In this document: in pieces, positions 8,118-17,710 of the stretch
How positions within the stretch are numbered: the stretch's first letter is position 1
Layout: every line of letters starts with the position of its first letter
Origin: an uncultured Solirubrobacterales bacterium
Lineage (GTDB): Bacteria; Actinomycetota; Thermoleophilia; Solirubrobacterales; 70-9
Length of the DNA: 64,000 nucleotides
Assembly (NCBI GenBank): GCA_963722175.1
Contig: CAVRKA010000001.1
Span: forward strand, 117,555-181,554
Reading direction: 5' to 3'
Notes under the pieces: model-generated
What the model saw: only the letters and a program-made list of their open reading frames with translations
Databases searched by the model: none
What the model was told of the DNA's origin: nothing
Translations under genes and position numbers: made by a program

Positions 8118-8771
8118 ATGGTCGTAGCCATCATCATCGTCGGCGTACTGCTGCTGATCGGGTTGATCTTCATCCTGATCCGCAACTCGATCATCGGGTC
8201 GCGAAACAGAGTCGACGAAGCCTGGTCCGGAATCGACGTCCAGCTGAAGCGACGGCACGATCTGATCCCGAACCTCGTCGAGGCGGTCAAGGGATACGCG
8301 ACGCACGAGCGTGAGACCTTCGAGAAGGTGACCCAGGCCCGGGCCGCCGCGATGCAGGCCACAGGGCCGGCCGAGGCGAGCCAGGCGGAGGGCTTCCTGA
8401 GCCAGGCGCTCGGCGGACTGCGGGTCGTAGCCGAGCAGTACCCCGAGCTGCGCGCGACCGAGAACTTCCAGCAGCTCTCGCGCAACCTCTCCGAGCTCGA
8501 GGACGAGATCCAGGCCTCGCGCCGGATCTACAACTCCAACGTCCAGGCCTACAACACGAAGATCCAGATCTTCCCGAACTCGGTCGTCGCCAACTCCGGC
8601 GGCTTCACCGCCCGTGAGTTCTTCGAGATCGAGGATCCGGGCGACCGCGAAGTGCCGACCTTCTCGTTCTCCGACCAGGCTCCGCCGGCCGCGGCGCCGG
8701 CCGCCGCGCCGGCCGGGACCACGCCGCCGCCCGCCGACCCGGCGTCACCGGCACCTCCGCCCGCGCAGTAG
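8118..8771 (+). CDS. LemA family membrane protein
   Basis: N-terminal TM helix, then ...RNRVDEAWSGIDVQLKRRHDLIPNLVE.VKGYA.HE...F..V..AR..., which is characteristic of LemA. It has a Pro/Ala-rich tail. Confidence 0.85.
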   Translation: MVVAIIIVGVLLLIGLIFILIRNSIIGSRNRVDEAWSGIDVQLKRRHDLIPNLVEAVKGYATHERETFEKVTQARAAAMQATGPAEASQAEGFLSQALGGLRVVAEQYPELRATENFQQLSRNLSELEDEIQASRRIYNSNVQAYNTKIQIFPNSVVANSGGFTAREFFEIEDPGDREVPTFSFSDQAPPAAAPAAAPAGTTPPPADPASPAPPPAQ

Positions 8772-8842
8772 TCGGCGCCTCAGGCGCTGCAGGAATAAGG
8801 CCGCCGCGCAGGAGGCGGGCGCCCGAGGCTGAAAGCCACGGC

Positions 8843-9814
8843 GTGATCGTCGACTGCGCCCATTACCGCGACGGCGTCCGCCAGCACGAGGGCCAGCTGC
8901 CACTCGAAGCGGCGGCGAACTGCGTCGCCGGCGACGGGGACTTCGTCTGGCTTGGCCTGTTCGAGCCCTCGGCGGAGGAGCTGCGCGAGGTCGGCGAGCT
9001 CTTCGACCTGCACGAGCTCGCGCTCGAAGACGCCTACGGCGCCCACCAGCGGCCGAAGCTCGAGGACTACGAGAACTCCTACTTCGTCGTCCTGCGCCCG
9101 GCGCGTTACGACGACCAGAAGGAGGAGGTCGAGTTCGGCGAGATCATGCTCTTCCTCTCGCGCACGTACGTGATCGCGGTCCGGCACGGCGCCGCCAGCG
9201 AGCTGACGGGCGTCCGCAAGCACCTCGAGGACCATCCGGAGCTGCTCGAGTTCGGGCCGGCGGCGGCGGTCTGGGCGATCGTCGACAAGGTCGTCGACGA
9301 CTACCAGCCGGTGGTCGAGGGGATCGACAACGACATCACCGAGGTCGAGACCGAGATCTTCGGCGACGGCACCGACTCGACGGCGCGGATCTACTTCCTG
9401 AAGCGCGAGGTGATCGAGTTCCACCACGCGACCGCCCCCCTCCTGACGCCGCTCGAGGCGCTCGAGCGCGGTGCCTTCCCGAACATGGACGAGCATCTGC
9501 GCCGCTACTTCCGCGACGTCGCCGACCACGCCCGGCGCGTCGACGAGCAGGTGACCGCCCAGCGCGAGTTGCTGACCTCGATCCTGGAGGCGAACCTGGC
9601 GCTGCTCGGTGTTCGCCAGAACGAGGTCGTCCGCTCGATCTCCGCCTACGCGGCGATCATCGCCGTGCCCACCTTCCTCGCGTCGATCTGGGGGATGAAC
9701 TTCACCCACATGCCGGAGCTGGACGAGCGCTGGGGCTATTGGGTCGCGCTGGCGATGATGGCGGTGGCCGTCATCGGCCTGTTCACGTTCTTCAAGCGAA
9801 TTCGCTGGCTGTAG
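8843..9814 (+). CDS. corA: Magnesium/cobalt transporter CorA
   Basis: 323 aa. It has the GMNF signature (IWGMNFTHMPEL) before the last TM helix and a typical CorA N-terminal domain. Confidence 0.9.
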   Translation: MIVDCAHYRDGVRQHEGQLPLEAAANCVAGDGDFVWLGLFEPSAEELREVGELFDLHELALEDAYGAHQRPKLEDYENSYFVVLRPARYDDQKEEVEFGEIMLFLSRTYVIAVRHGAASELTGVRKHLEDHPELLEFGPAAAVWAIVDKVVDDYQPVVEGIDNDITEVETEIFGDGTDSTARIYFLKREVIEFHHATAPLLTPLEALERGAFPNMDEHLRRYFRDVADHARRVDEQVTAQRELLTSILEANLALLGVRQNEVVRSISAYAAIIAVPTFLASIWGMNFTHMPELDERWGYWVALAMMAVAVIGLFTFFKRIRWL

Positions 9815-9825
9815 CTTTTCCGGGC

Positions 9826-10698
9826 GTGGATGCGCTGATCAACGCGGGCGCGCCGCTGCTCCTGATCGCGGTCGCGCTCGCCTACGCGAAGCGGGTACGG
9901 ACGCTCGCGGAGCGGGGGAAGCCGGTCTGGATCTGGCGGCAGGTCTCGTTCGGCGCCGGGGTGTTCCTGCTCCTGGCGGCCGACCTGCCGCCGCTCGCCG
10001 ACGTCGCGGAGGAGATCGTCGTCGCCCACATGGTCCAGCACCTGGTGATCGGCGACCTCGCCGGGCTGCTGATCGCGCTCGGGCTCACCGGGCCGATCCT
10101 GCAGCCGCTGCTCGCCAAGCGCCCGTTCTCCTACCTGCGCCTGCTGGGCAACCCGCTGATCGCGCTTCCCATCTGGGCGCTCAACCTCTACCTGTGGCAC
10201 CTCTCGTTCCTCTACGAGGGGGTGCTCGACAGCGCGCTGCTGCACTTCGCCCAGCACGCTTGCTTCTTCACCTTCGGCCTCGCGATGTGGCTGCCGCTGG
10301 TCGGCCCGCTGCCGAAGCCGTCCTGGTTCGGCGACGGCGCGATGCTGATCTACGTCGTCGTCGTGCGGCTGCTCGAGGCGGTGCTCGCCAACGTCCTGAT
10401 CTGGTCGGGGACGGTGTTCTACCCCGACTACGCCCCGGGCGAGGCGAAGTGGGAGATCAGCCCGCTCGCCGACCAGGGGGCGGCCGGCAACGTGATGATG
10501 ATCTGGACCGGGTTCGTGACCCTGGGGCTGTTCACGTGGCTCTTCTTCCGGGCAGCCAACCGCAGCAGCGAGAAGCAGGAGCTGCTCGAGCTCGCCGATG
10601 CGCACGGGTTCGAGCTCGACCCGAGCCGCGCCGCCCGCGCCGTCGCCGCCGGCCAGGGTGAACGCCTGCGCGAGCGGATCCTGGGAAGCCGTACGTGA
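9826..10698 (+). CDS. Cytochrome c oxidase assembly factor CtaG-like membrane protein
   Basis: GTG at 9826 in frame in ORF 9739..10698, just after the corA stop. It is polytopic, and ...AHMVQHLVIGDLAGLL... resembles the Bacillus-type CtaG (COG3336) family. Confidence 0.55.
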   Translation: MDALINAGAPLLLIAVALAYAKRVRTLAERGKPVWIWRQVSFGAGVFLLLAADLPPLADVAEEIVVAHMVQHLVIGDLAGLLIALGLTGPILQPLLAKRPFSYLRLLGNPLIALPIWALNLYLWHLSFLYEGVLDSALLHFAQHACFFTFGLAMWLPLVGPLPKPSWFGDGAMLIYVVVVRLLEAVLANVLIWSGTVFYPDYAPGEAKWEISPLADQGAAGNVMMIWTGFVTLGLFTWLFFRAANRSSEKQELLELADAHGFELDPSRAARAVAAGQGERLRERILGSRT

Positions 10699-12188
10699 AC
10701 AACCGTTACCTCTACGTCCTCGTCTTCGTCGTCGGAACCGCCAGCCTCGGGGCCGAGATCGCCGCCGCGCGCCTGATGGCCCCGTTCTTCGGCGCCTCGA
10801 CGATCGTCTGGGCGAACACGATCGGGGTCGTCCTGGTCGCGCTCTCGATCGGCTACTGGCTCGGCGGGCGGTTCGCGGACCGCCGTCCGGAGCTGCGCAG
10901 CCTCTGCCTCGTCGTGCTCGCCGCCGGCGTGCTGCTCGCCGTCGTCCCGCTCATCGCACGTCCGTTCTTCGACCTCTCGGTCGATGCGCTCGACGAGGTC
11001 GAGGCGGGGGCGTTCGTCGGCTCGCTGGCCGCGGTCCTGTTCCTGATCGCGATCCCGGTCATCCTGCTCGGCACCTGCGCGCCGTGGGCGCTGCGGCTCG
11101 CGGTCGAAGACGTCGAACACACCGGTCGGACCTCGGGCCGCCTGTACGCGATCTCGACCGTCGGCTCGCTGACCGGGACGATGCTCGCGGCGTTGGTCCT
11201 GATTCCGTTCGCCGGCACTCAGCGGACCTTCCTCGCCTTCGCGCTCGCGCTGGCGCTCGTCGCCGTGATCGGGCTCGGCTGGCGCTACGTGGTCGTCCCG
11301 ATCGCGCTCGCGGGCGCGATCGCGCTGCCGGTGGGGACGGTCAAGGCGACCGACGCGGGCCGGGTCCTCTACGAGGAGGAGTCCGAGCACCAGTACATCC
11401 GCGTGCTCGAGCGGGACGACGGCGATCGCGTGCTCGAGCTCAACGAAGGTCAGGCGGTCCACTCCATCCTTCCGGCCCGGGGGTTCCTGACCGCCGATTA
11501 CTGGGACAGCTTCCTCGTCCTGCCGTTCACGACCGGCGATCGCCCCCCGCGGCGGATCGCGATCCTCGGCAACGCCGCGGGCACGGTCGCGCGCGAGTAC
11601 GGCCGCTTCTGGCCGCGGACGCACGTCGACGGGGTCGAGATCGACGACGAGCTCACCGAGGTCGGCTACCGCTACTTCGACATGGGCTCGAACGCGAACC
11701 TGACCGTCTACGACGAGGACGCGCGGCCGTGGCTGCGTGACTCCGACGGCGGCTACGACCTGATCGTCGTCGACGCCTACCGCCAGCCTTACATCCCGTT
11801 CTACCTGGCGACCAAGGAGTTCTTCGAGCTCGTCCGCGACCGGCTCGCCCCGGGCGGCGTGGTGGTCGTCAACGTCGGCCACCCGGAGGGCAGCGACGAG
11901 ATCGAGCGGGTGCTGGGGCGGACGATGGCCGAGGTGTTCCCGACGGTCCTGCGCGATCCCGCCGAGCAGACGAACACGCTGCTCCTCGGCAGCGAGGCGC
12001 CCGCCTCGGCGGCCCGGCTGGCGGCCGCCGCGCGCACCCGGATGCACGGCAACCTGCGCAAGCTGGCGCTGATCGACGCGGCGCGGCTCTCCTCCCGGCT
12101 GCCCGGCGGCAGCGTCTACACCGACGATCGCGCCCCGGTCGAGTGGCTGGTCGACCGCTCGATCCTCGGTTACGCCAGGGACCACTGA
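10695..12188 (+). CDS. Fused membrane domain / spermidine synthase-like (polyamine aminopropyltransferase family) protein
   Basis: 497 aa. The N-terminal half is multi-TM. The C-terminal half ...ILGNAAGT.AR...V.IDDEL...YDLIVVDAY... is a SpeE-like Rossmann methyltransferase fold. Confidence 0.75.
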   Translation: MNNRYLYVLVFVVGTASLGAEIAAARLMAPFFGASTIVWANTIGVVLVALSIGYWLGGRFADRRPELRSLCLVVLAAGVLLAVVPLIARPFFDLSVDALDEVEAGAFVGSLAAVLFLIAIPVILLGTCAPWALRLAVEDVEHTGRTSGRLYAISTVGSLTGTMLAALVLIPFAGTQRTFLAFALALALVAVIGLGWRYVVVPIALAGAIALPVGTVKATDAGRVLYEEESEHQYIRVLERDDGDRVLELNEGQAVHSILPARGFLTADYWDSFLVLPFTTGDRPPRRIAILGNAAGTVAREYGRFWPRTHVDGVEIDDELTEVGYRYFDMGSNANLTVYDEDARPWLRDSDGGYDLIVVDAYRQPYIPFYLATKEFFELVRDRLAPGGVVVVNVGHPEGSDEIERVLGRTMAEVFPTVLRDPAEQTNTLLLGSEAPASAARLAAAARTRMHGNLRKLALIDAARLSSRLPGGSVYTDDRAPVEWLVDRSILGYARDH

Positions 12189-12209
12189 GGGACGCCGGGA
12201 CGTCCGGAG

Positions 12210-12980
12210 TCAGCGCCGGCGCAGGGTGAAGGTCCGCTTGGCGACCGCTCCGGCGGCATGATCGCGGTCGCGGGTTGCGATCGTCGCCGCGAGGTGACGC
12301 TTGCGCTCGAGCTTGCGCACGAAGCTCGAGCGCAAGCTGAAGCGAAGCGTGCCGGCCTTGCCGGCCTTGATCCGGTAGGCGAGCGGCGAGGCGCCCGTCA
12401 GGCGGGCCTTGCCCGCGCATCGCGGCTTCAGGCCCGAGGGCCAGGCGGGTGGGCAGCGCAGGCGCACCTTGACGGTGTCATGCGGGCCGGGCCGGGTGGC
12501 GCGGAACTTGATCAGCGTCGCCCTGGCGCGGGCGGGCCCGGCGGGGGGGAGTGGAGGCGGGGCCGCGCCGCCGCCGAACAGGCCGGGATCCTGTGCGGCC
12601 TCGAAGAAGCCGCGGTCGACGTCCTCGCGGCTCACGTCGTCCGCGTCGGGCTTCGGCTTCGGCATGACGACCTCCTGGTCGGTGATCGAGGCCAGGACGC
12701 GGCGGTAGAACTCCTCCTCCCAGGGTTCGCCGCCGGCAAAGCTGCCGTTGTCGTTGCCGAACCTGGCCGTCATCAGGCCCTCGGCGGGAAACACGGTCAC
12801 CAGCTGTCCGAAGAGGCCGGCGAACTGGTACAGGCCGGCGGGCAGGGTCGGGAACATGCGATCGTCGGAGACCGGCCGGTCGACGACCCGCGGGCTGACG
12901 CACGGCTTCGACGCGTTCACCCAGATGAGCCAGCTCGGTCCCGCGCGCCCCCGCGCACGCGAGGCCGTGGAATCAACCAT
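12210..12980 (-). CDS. Hypothetical protein; N-terminal part resembles only the C-terminal end of a beta-lactamase-family serine hydrolase
   Basis: 256 aa. YQFAGLFGQLVTVFPAEGLMTARFGND resembles the last strands of class-C-like serine hydrolases, but the SxxK catalytic part is absent. It ends in a basic C-terminal tail domain. Confidence 0.4.
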   Translation of the reverse strand: MVDSTASRARGRAGPSWLIWVNASKPCVSPRVVDRPVSDDRMFPTLPAGLYQFAGLFGQLVTVFPAEGLMTARFGNDNGSFAGGEPWEEEFYRRVLASITDQEVVMPKPKPDADDVSREDVDRGFFEAAQDPGLFGGGAAPPPLPPAGPARARATLIKFRATRPGPHDTVKVRLRCPPAWPSGLKPRCAGKARLTGASPLAYRIKAGKAGTLRFSLRSSFVRKLERKRHLAATIATRDRDHAAGAVAKRTFTLRRR

Positions 12981-13115
12981 CTAACGCTCGCCGGCGCCGG
13001 CCCGGCGGCCACGAAACCAGCGCCACCAGTAGACGCCGAGGTCGCCGAAGAAGGCCGCGAAGCGGCCGACCGGGCCCGTCAGCACCCAGGCGGCGAGGCG
13101 CTCGGGCGGACTCAC
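12981..13115 (-). CDS. Candidate 44-aa small ORF, translationally coupled on both sides
   Basis: GTG at 13115 overlaps the upstream aldo/keto reductase stop (GTGA). Its TAG stop directly abuts the next ATG at 12980. The product is VSPPERLAAWVLTGPVGRFAAFFGDLGVYWWRWFRGRRAGAGER. Third-position G+C is high. Confidence 0.3.
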   Translation of the reverse strand: MSPPERLAAWVLTGPVGRFAAFFGDLGVYWWRWFRGRRAGAGER

Positions 13116-14251
13116 GCCCGGGTCGGAGCGCGCTGTCCGAGGTCGCGCTCGGGGTCGATCCCCCAGCGGCGGCCGGCCGCCACGAGCTCCTCGGTCAACG
13201 CCCAGCGGTCCGGCCGCTCCTCGCCCTCGTGCTCCGGGCTGGCGCCCTTGAGCGCCATCGAGCCGGTGTTGTCGCCGATCTCGCGAACCTGCTCGACGGT
13301 GAGCGATTCGAGCTGCTGGTCCGGCAGCGCCGCGAGCTCGCGGCGCTTGTCCTCGATCGGCCGCGCCGCGGGCCCGGCCTCCTGGATCAGGGTCGGCGCG
13401 GCGCAGCCGACCGGGTCGTGGGCGAGGTTCCAGTGGCAGGCGAGCTGCATCGGCGTGAGCCCGGCGGCGGCGGCGATCGGGCGGATCAGGTCCAGCTTGA
13501 TCCGTCCCGCCTCGACCCAGCCGGCCGGGCGGAAGCGCCGGTGGTCGGAGTCGGGAAAGTCGTGACCTGGGAGGACGTCGTCCCAGAACAGGCCGCCGTA
13601 GTCGACGACCCGGGTGATCACGCTGATCCCGTAGTCGGCCGCGGCGTCGAGGCAGAGCTCGCCGGGCCAGGGCTCGAGCGGGTTGAGGATCAGCATCGCC
13701 CAGTCGAGCCGGTCGCCGAAACGCTCGAAGCAGTCGAGCAGGTCGAGCGTGAACCCGTTCGCGGGACCGGGCGCGACCCCGAGCATCCGGGTCAGGCCGG
13801 CCTCGCGGAGGGCGGCCATCCCGTCCCAGACGGCCTCCGAGCCAAACCCGGTGCGGTCGGGGTTGTGGAGCAGCAGCAGGTCGAACGCGTCGACGCCGAT
13901 CCGCTCGAGGCTCGCCTCGGTCGCCCGGCGCAGGTACGAGGCGTACTCGCCGGGGCCGCGCAGACGGGGGTCGGTGAACCGGGGAAATCCCCGCGGGCCG
14001 TCGCGCTCGCCCTCGACGAAGTCGTGGCCGACGGCTCCGACCAGCGAGTAGCGCTCACGCCCGACGCCCTCGAGCGCCCGGCCGAGCATCGCGTCGGCCT
14101 CGCCGGCGCCGTAGACGTCGGCGGTGATCACGGTCTCGATCCCGTCGCCGGGACGCAGCAGCGAGAGCAGCCGGTCGTCGTCGACCGGCTCGCCGAAGTG
14201 CATGAAGCGCCCGCCGCTCCACGTCCCGATCGCCGTTCTCCCGGGGTCCAC
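13112..14251 (-). CDS. Aldo/keto reductase family oxidoreductase
   Basis: C-terminal 380 codons of ORF 13112..15910. Start taken as GTG at 14251 (VDPGRTAIGTWSGG...). ...ADVYGAGEAD..LG.AL... and ...DLLLLHNPD... are AKR motifs. The upstream remainder of the ORF is antisense to tig. Confidence 0.8.
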   Translation of the reverse strand: MDPGRTAIGTWSGGRFMHFGEPVDDDRLLSLLRPGDGIETVITADVYGAGEADAMLGRALEGVGRERYSLVGAVGHDFVEGERDGPRGFPRFTDPRLRGPGEYASYLRRATEASLERIGVDAFDLLLLHNPDRTGFGSEAVWDGMAALREAGLTRMLGVAPGPANGFTLDLLDCFERFGDRLDWAMLILNPLEPWPGELCLDAAADYGISVITRVVDYGGLFWDDVLPGHDFPDSDHRRFRPAGWVEAGRIKLDLIRPIAAAAGLTPMQLACHWNLAHDPVGCAAPTLIQEAGPAARPIEDKRRELAALPDQQLESLTVEQVREIGDNTGSMALKGASPEHEGEERPDRWALTEELVAAGRRWGIDPERDLGQRAPTRA

Positions 14252-14287
14252 GGGCTCAAGCGTAGTGGGGGCTAAGCTGCCACCCCG

Positions 14288-15685
14288 ATGCGCACCGAGG
14301 TCACAGAGCTTCCCGACTCGCGGGTCAAGATCGACGTCGCGATCGAGCCCGAGCTGCTCGCCAAGCGGATCGACCGCGCCGCGGCGGCACTGGCCGGCGA
14401 GATGAAGCTGCCCGGGTTCCGCAAGGGCAAGGTTCCGGCCCAGCTCGTGATCCAGCGGATCGGGCGCGAGGCGGTCGTCGAGCAGGCACTTCGCGACGGC
14501 CTTCCCGAGTGGTACGAGCGGGCCCTGCTCGAGTCCGGCGTCGCCTCGGTCGGCGACCCGAAGCTCGACGTCGGCGAGATCCCCGCCGAGGGCGAGGAGC
14601 TGACGTTCACGATCGAGGTCGGCGTGCGACCGAAGGCCGAGCTCGGCGAGTGGCGGGGGCTCGAGGTCGGCAAGGCGGAGATCGAGGTCCCCGGCGAGGC
14701 GGTCGACGCCGAGCTCGACCGGTTGCGCGAGGGCTTTGCAAGCCTCGCCCCGGTAGAGCGTCCGGCGGCCGGCGGCGACGCGGTCGTGATCGACTTCTCG
14801 GGCACGATCGACGGCGAGCCGTTCGAGGGCTCGGAGGGGCGTGACTTCGTGATCGAGCTCGGCGGTGACAGCCTGCTGGTCGAGTTCGAGACCGCGCTCA
14901 CGGGCGCCTCCGCCGACGACGAGCGCACGGTCGAGGTCACCTTCCCGGACGACCACCGCCCCGAGGAGCTGGCCGGCAAGACCGCGACCTTCGAGGTCAA
15001 GGTCAAGGAGGTGCGGGAGAAGAACCTGCCCGAGCTCGACGACGATTTCGCCTCCGAGGCTTCGGAGTTCGAGACCCTGGACGAGCTGCGGGAGGAGATC
15101 CGCTCGCGGATGTCGCAGGGTCTCGAGCAGCGCGCCGAGGCGGAGTTCCGCGAGGCCGCGGTCGACGCGGTCGCCGCGAACGCGAAGCTCGACGTCCCCC
15201 ACGACCTCGTCCACGCTCGCGCGCACGAGATGTGGGAGCGGATCGAGCGTCAGCTGCAGTCGCAGGGGATCGACCCGCAGGCCTACGCGCAGATGCAGGG
15301 CAAGGACCGCCACGAGCTGATCGACGACGCGGAGGAGGACGCGGAGCGCGCGCTGCGCCGCGAGGCGGTGCTCGCCGCTGTTGCCGAGGCCGAGGGCATC
15401 GAGCCGACCGACGAGGACCTGATCGAGGCGATCGGGCCCGGCGAGGGCAAGAACGCCCCCGAGCAGCTGCTCGACCGACTTCGCGAGGCCGGCCGCGACG
15501 AGCTGTTGCGCGACGAGGTCCGGATGCGCAAGGCGGCCGAGGCGATCGCCGAGTCGGCGACGCCGATCCCGATGGAGCGGGCGGCGGCGCGCGAGCAGAT
15601 CTGGACTCCCGATAAGGAAGCCGGGGATGCGGGCGCGCCCGAGCAGGAGTCGAAGCCGGGCAAGCTCTGGACGCCGGGCGGTTAG
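14288..15685 (+). CDS. tig: Trigger factor
   Basis: 465 aa. It has the ribosome-binding signature ...LPGFRKGKVP..., a PPIase-like middle domain and an acidic C-terminal arm. Confidence 0.9.
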   Translation: MRTEVTELPDSRVKIDVAIEPELLAKRIDRAAAALAGEMKLPGFRKGKVPAQLVIQRIGREAVVEQALRDGLPEWYERALLESGVASVGDPKLDVGEIPAEGEELTFTIEVGVRPKAELGEWRGLEVGKAEIEVPGEAVDAELDRLREGFASLAPVERPAAGGDAVVIDFSGTIDGEPFEGSEGRDFVIELGGDSLLVEFETALTGASADDERTVEVTFPDDHRPEELAGKTATFEVKVKEVREKNLPELDDDFASEASEFETLDELREEIRSRMSQGLEQRAEAEFREAAVDAVAANAKLDVPHDLVHARAHEMWERIERQLQSQGIDPQAYAQMQGKDRHELIDDAEEDAERALRREAVLAAVAEAEGIEPTDEDLIEAIGPGEGKNAPEQLLDRLREAGRDELLRDEVRMRKAAEAIAESATPIPMERAAAREQIWTPDKEAGDAGAPEQESKPGKLWTPGG

Positions 15686-15698
15686 AGGCGATCGCCGG

Positions 15699-17597
15699 TC
15701 AGGAGGCGGCGGCCGGCGTGGCTGCGGTCGGACGCGACGACTCGCGGCCGCGCGGGGTCGGGCGACCGCCGCCGGCGACCCTGATGAGCGCGGCCCCGGC
15801 CGCGATGAGCAGTCCCAGCACGCACGCCGCGACCCCGAGGCCGAAGGCGATAGCGCCCCAGTCGGGGACCCCCTCCTTGCGCTCGCGCTGCAGGAGCTCG
15901 CGGTCGTCACCGAGCGCGCGCTCGAAGCTCGCCGGGGCCGGGATCTCGGCCGCCGGGATCGCAGTGTCCTCGGGGGCGAAGACGGGAACCGCGCCCATCC
16001 GATCGCCGCGCTGCAGGCGGATCGAGGACTTCCATGTCCCGGCGACCGGCAGCACGGCGCTGCGATAGACGTCGGGCGAGACCTCGCGGAGCGGCTCCGT
16101 CCGGACCGGCTCGCCGCCCTGCCAGGCGACCGTGTAGAGCCAGTCCGGGTCGCGGGCGACCTCAGGAGGATCGAAGCGCACCGTGGCCACGACCTCGCGC
16201 GGGCCGGCGCCGCCGACCTCGGCGAGCGCCACGCGCGCGGTGGCGTCCGGCGGCGCCGTGTGCCCGAGAGAGACGAAGACCGCCGCGACGACCGCCAGGG
16301 CGGCGGCGGCCGTTCCCCAGCCGCGAACCGGCGCGACCAGATCGTCGCGCCCGAGCAGCGCGGAGGCCACGAAGGCGCCCAACAGGCCGCCCGCTATGCC
16401 GACCACGATCCCCAGCGCAATCGCCTCGCCCAGCATCTGGCTCGGCCACGGCAGCGGCATCCACACCTGCGACCACCCGTACTCGGCGACGACGCCGATG
16501 CTGCCGACCGCGATCCCGGCGAGGACGCCGAAGCGGTAGGGATGGTCGCGCGGGGCGTGAACCAGGGCGAGGCCCTCGACCAGCAGGGCCTCGGCGATGT
16601 AGAGCGGGAAGTGGTCGACCGACTCTCCCAATGGCCCGGCGACCAGCGCCGTGATCGGGATCCGCAGCACGAGATAGAAGGCGACCGCGACCAGGGCGCC
16701 GCCGCGGCCGCCGAGCAGCCGCGCCATCGTCAGCGCGACGCCGGCGGCGAAAGCGATCAGGACCGGGTGGAAGAGGAGCCGGAACTGCGGCACGCCGTAG
16801 TCGAACTCGCCCTGGAAGATCGAGAGCGCTCCGAGGATGCCGCCGGCCGCGAGCATGATCCGGAACCGGTGCGCGCTCACGATCCGCAGCAGGGGCTCGA
16901 CCGGGCGCAGCCAGCTCGGTACCGGGTCGGGGTCGTGGGTCTCGCCGGCGGCGCGCTCCATCCGCACCGCGGCTCGGCCCTCGGCGAGCAGGACGACGAT
17001 CCCGAGGACCGCGATCGCGGCGCCCGACATCATCATCAGGTGGGTCGCGCCCCACAGGGTGACGTCCTGTCCGAAGAGCCGGTGGGAGATGTCGTCGAGC
17101 GGGAAGCCGAGCAGGGCGAAGCCGGCGGCCCCGAGGGTCAGGACCCCGCCGACCGGGGCGTACCAGGTGTCGGTGATCCGGATCGCCGACGGGCTCGGGC
17201 GCTTGCCCGGCGTGGTGGCCACGACGGCGATCCAGCCGGCGGTGAAGATCCCGAACAAACCACCGAGCAGCAGGTAGTGCGAGGGGTTGGCGAGCGGTCC
17301 GGGATCGCGGCCGTCGTCGATGTGCAGCGACTCGTCCCAGGCGAGCCCGAACAACGCCGGGACCAGGGTTACCAGCGCCAGCAGCGCCGGCGCCCCCGCC
17401 CAGCCGGGCAGGCCGCCGATCGAGCGTGAGGTCCGGTCGACCCATGCGAGCAGCCCGCCCCGGCCGCTTCGGTACGCGGTCCCGATCCAGACCAGGATCG
17501 CGGTCATCACCAAGGCCCCGCCGGTGGCGATGACCACCTGACCGAGCTCGGCCCCCGCCGCTGGCGGGTCGTTGGCGACCGCGAGCAAAGCTGCCAT
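15699..17597 (-). CDS. Large polytopic membrane protein, function unknown
   Basis: ATG at 17597 is preceded by AGGA about 10 nt upstream (internal to ORF 15699..17729). It has at least 10 hydrophobic segments, a soluble C-terminal domain and a final TM anchor. Confidence 0.6.
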   Translation of the reverse strand: MAALLAVANDPPAAGAELGQVVIATGGALVMTAILVWIGTAYRSGRGGLLAWVDRTSRSIGGLPGWAGAPALLALVTLVPALFGLAWDESLHIDDGRDPGPLANPSHYLLLGGLFGIFTAGWIAVVATTPGKRPSPSAIRITDTWYAPVGGVLTLGAAGFALLGFPLDDISHRLFGQDVTLWGATHLMMMSGAAIAVLGIVVLLAEGRAAVRMERAAGETHDPDPVPSWLRPVEPLLRIVSAHRFRIMLAAGGILGALSIFQGEFDYGVPQFRLLFHPVLIAFAAGVALTMARLLGGRGGALVAVAFYLVLRIPITALVAGPLGESVDHFPLYIAEALLVEGLALVHAPRDHPYRFGVLAGIAVGSIGVVAEYGWSQVWMPLPWPSQMLGEAIALGIVVGIAGGLLGAFVASALLGRDDLVAPVRGWGTAAAALAVVAAVFVSLGHTAPPDATARVALAEVGGAGPREVVATVRFDPPEVARDPDWLYTVAWQGGEPVRTEPLREVSPDVYRSAVLPVAGTWKSSIRLQRGDRMGAVPVFAPEDTAIPAAEIPAPASFERALGDDRELLQRERKEGVPDWGAIAFGLGVAACVLGLLIAAGAALIRVAGGGRPTPRGRESSRPTAATPAAAS

Positions 17598-17710
17598 GAC
17601 ACTGCCGTCCTTTCGGCGACGGTGACGAATCGATGACTCCGGCCAATGTATCATCGTTTGATGTCGAATAGGCGCGCCCAGGGTGGCCATTTGCCAGAAT
17701 TCCGGACCCC

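Noticed and set aside
10428-12185. 585-aa minus-strand ORF and many similar Arg/Pro/Gly-rich ORFs across the window (for example 15627..17429, 16162..18003, 39215..41377, 60910..63432).
   Set aside because: Each lies antisense to, or frame-shifted against, a gene with clear family motifs. Their compositions are typical of non-coding frames in high-GC DNA.
14252-15910. The aldo/keto reductase ORF stays open for about 1.6 kb further upstream (932-aa ORF 13112..15910), antisense to tig.
   Set aside because: The extension is Arg/Leu/Asp-rich low-information sequence exactly antisense to a clearly real trigger factor gene. Long antisense ORFs are expected at this G+C. AKR similarity starts only near 14251.
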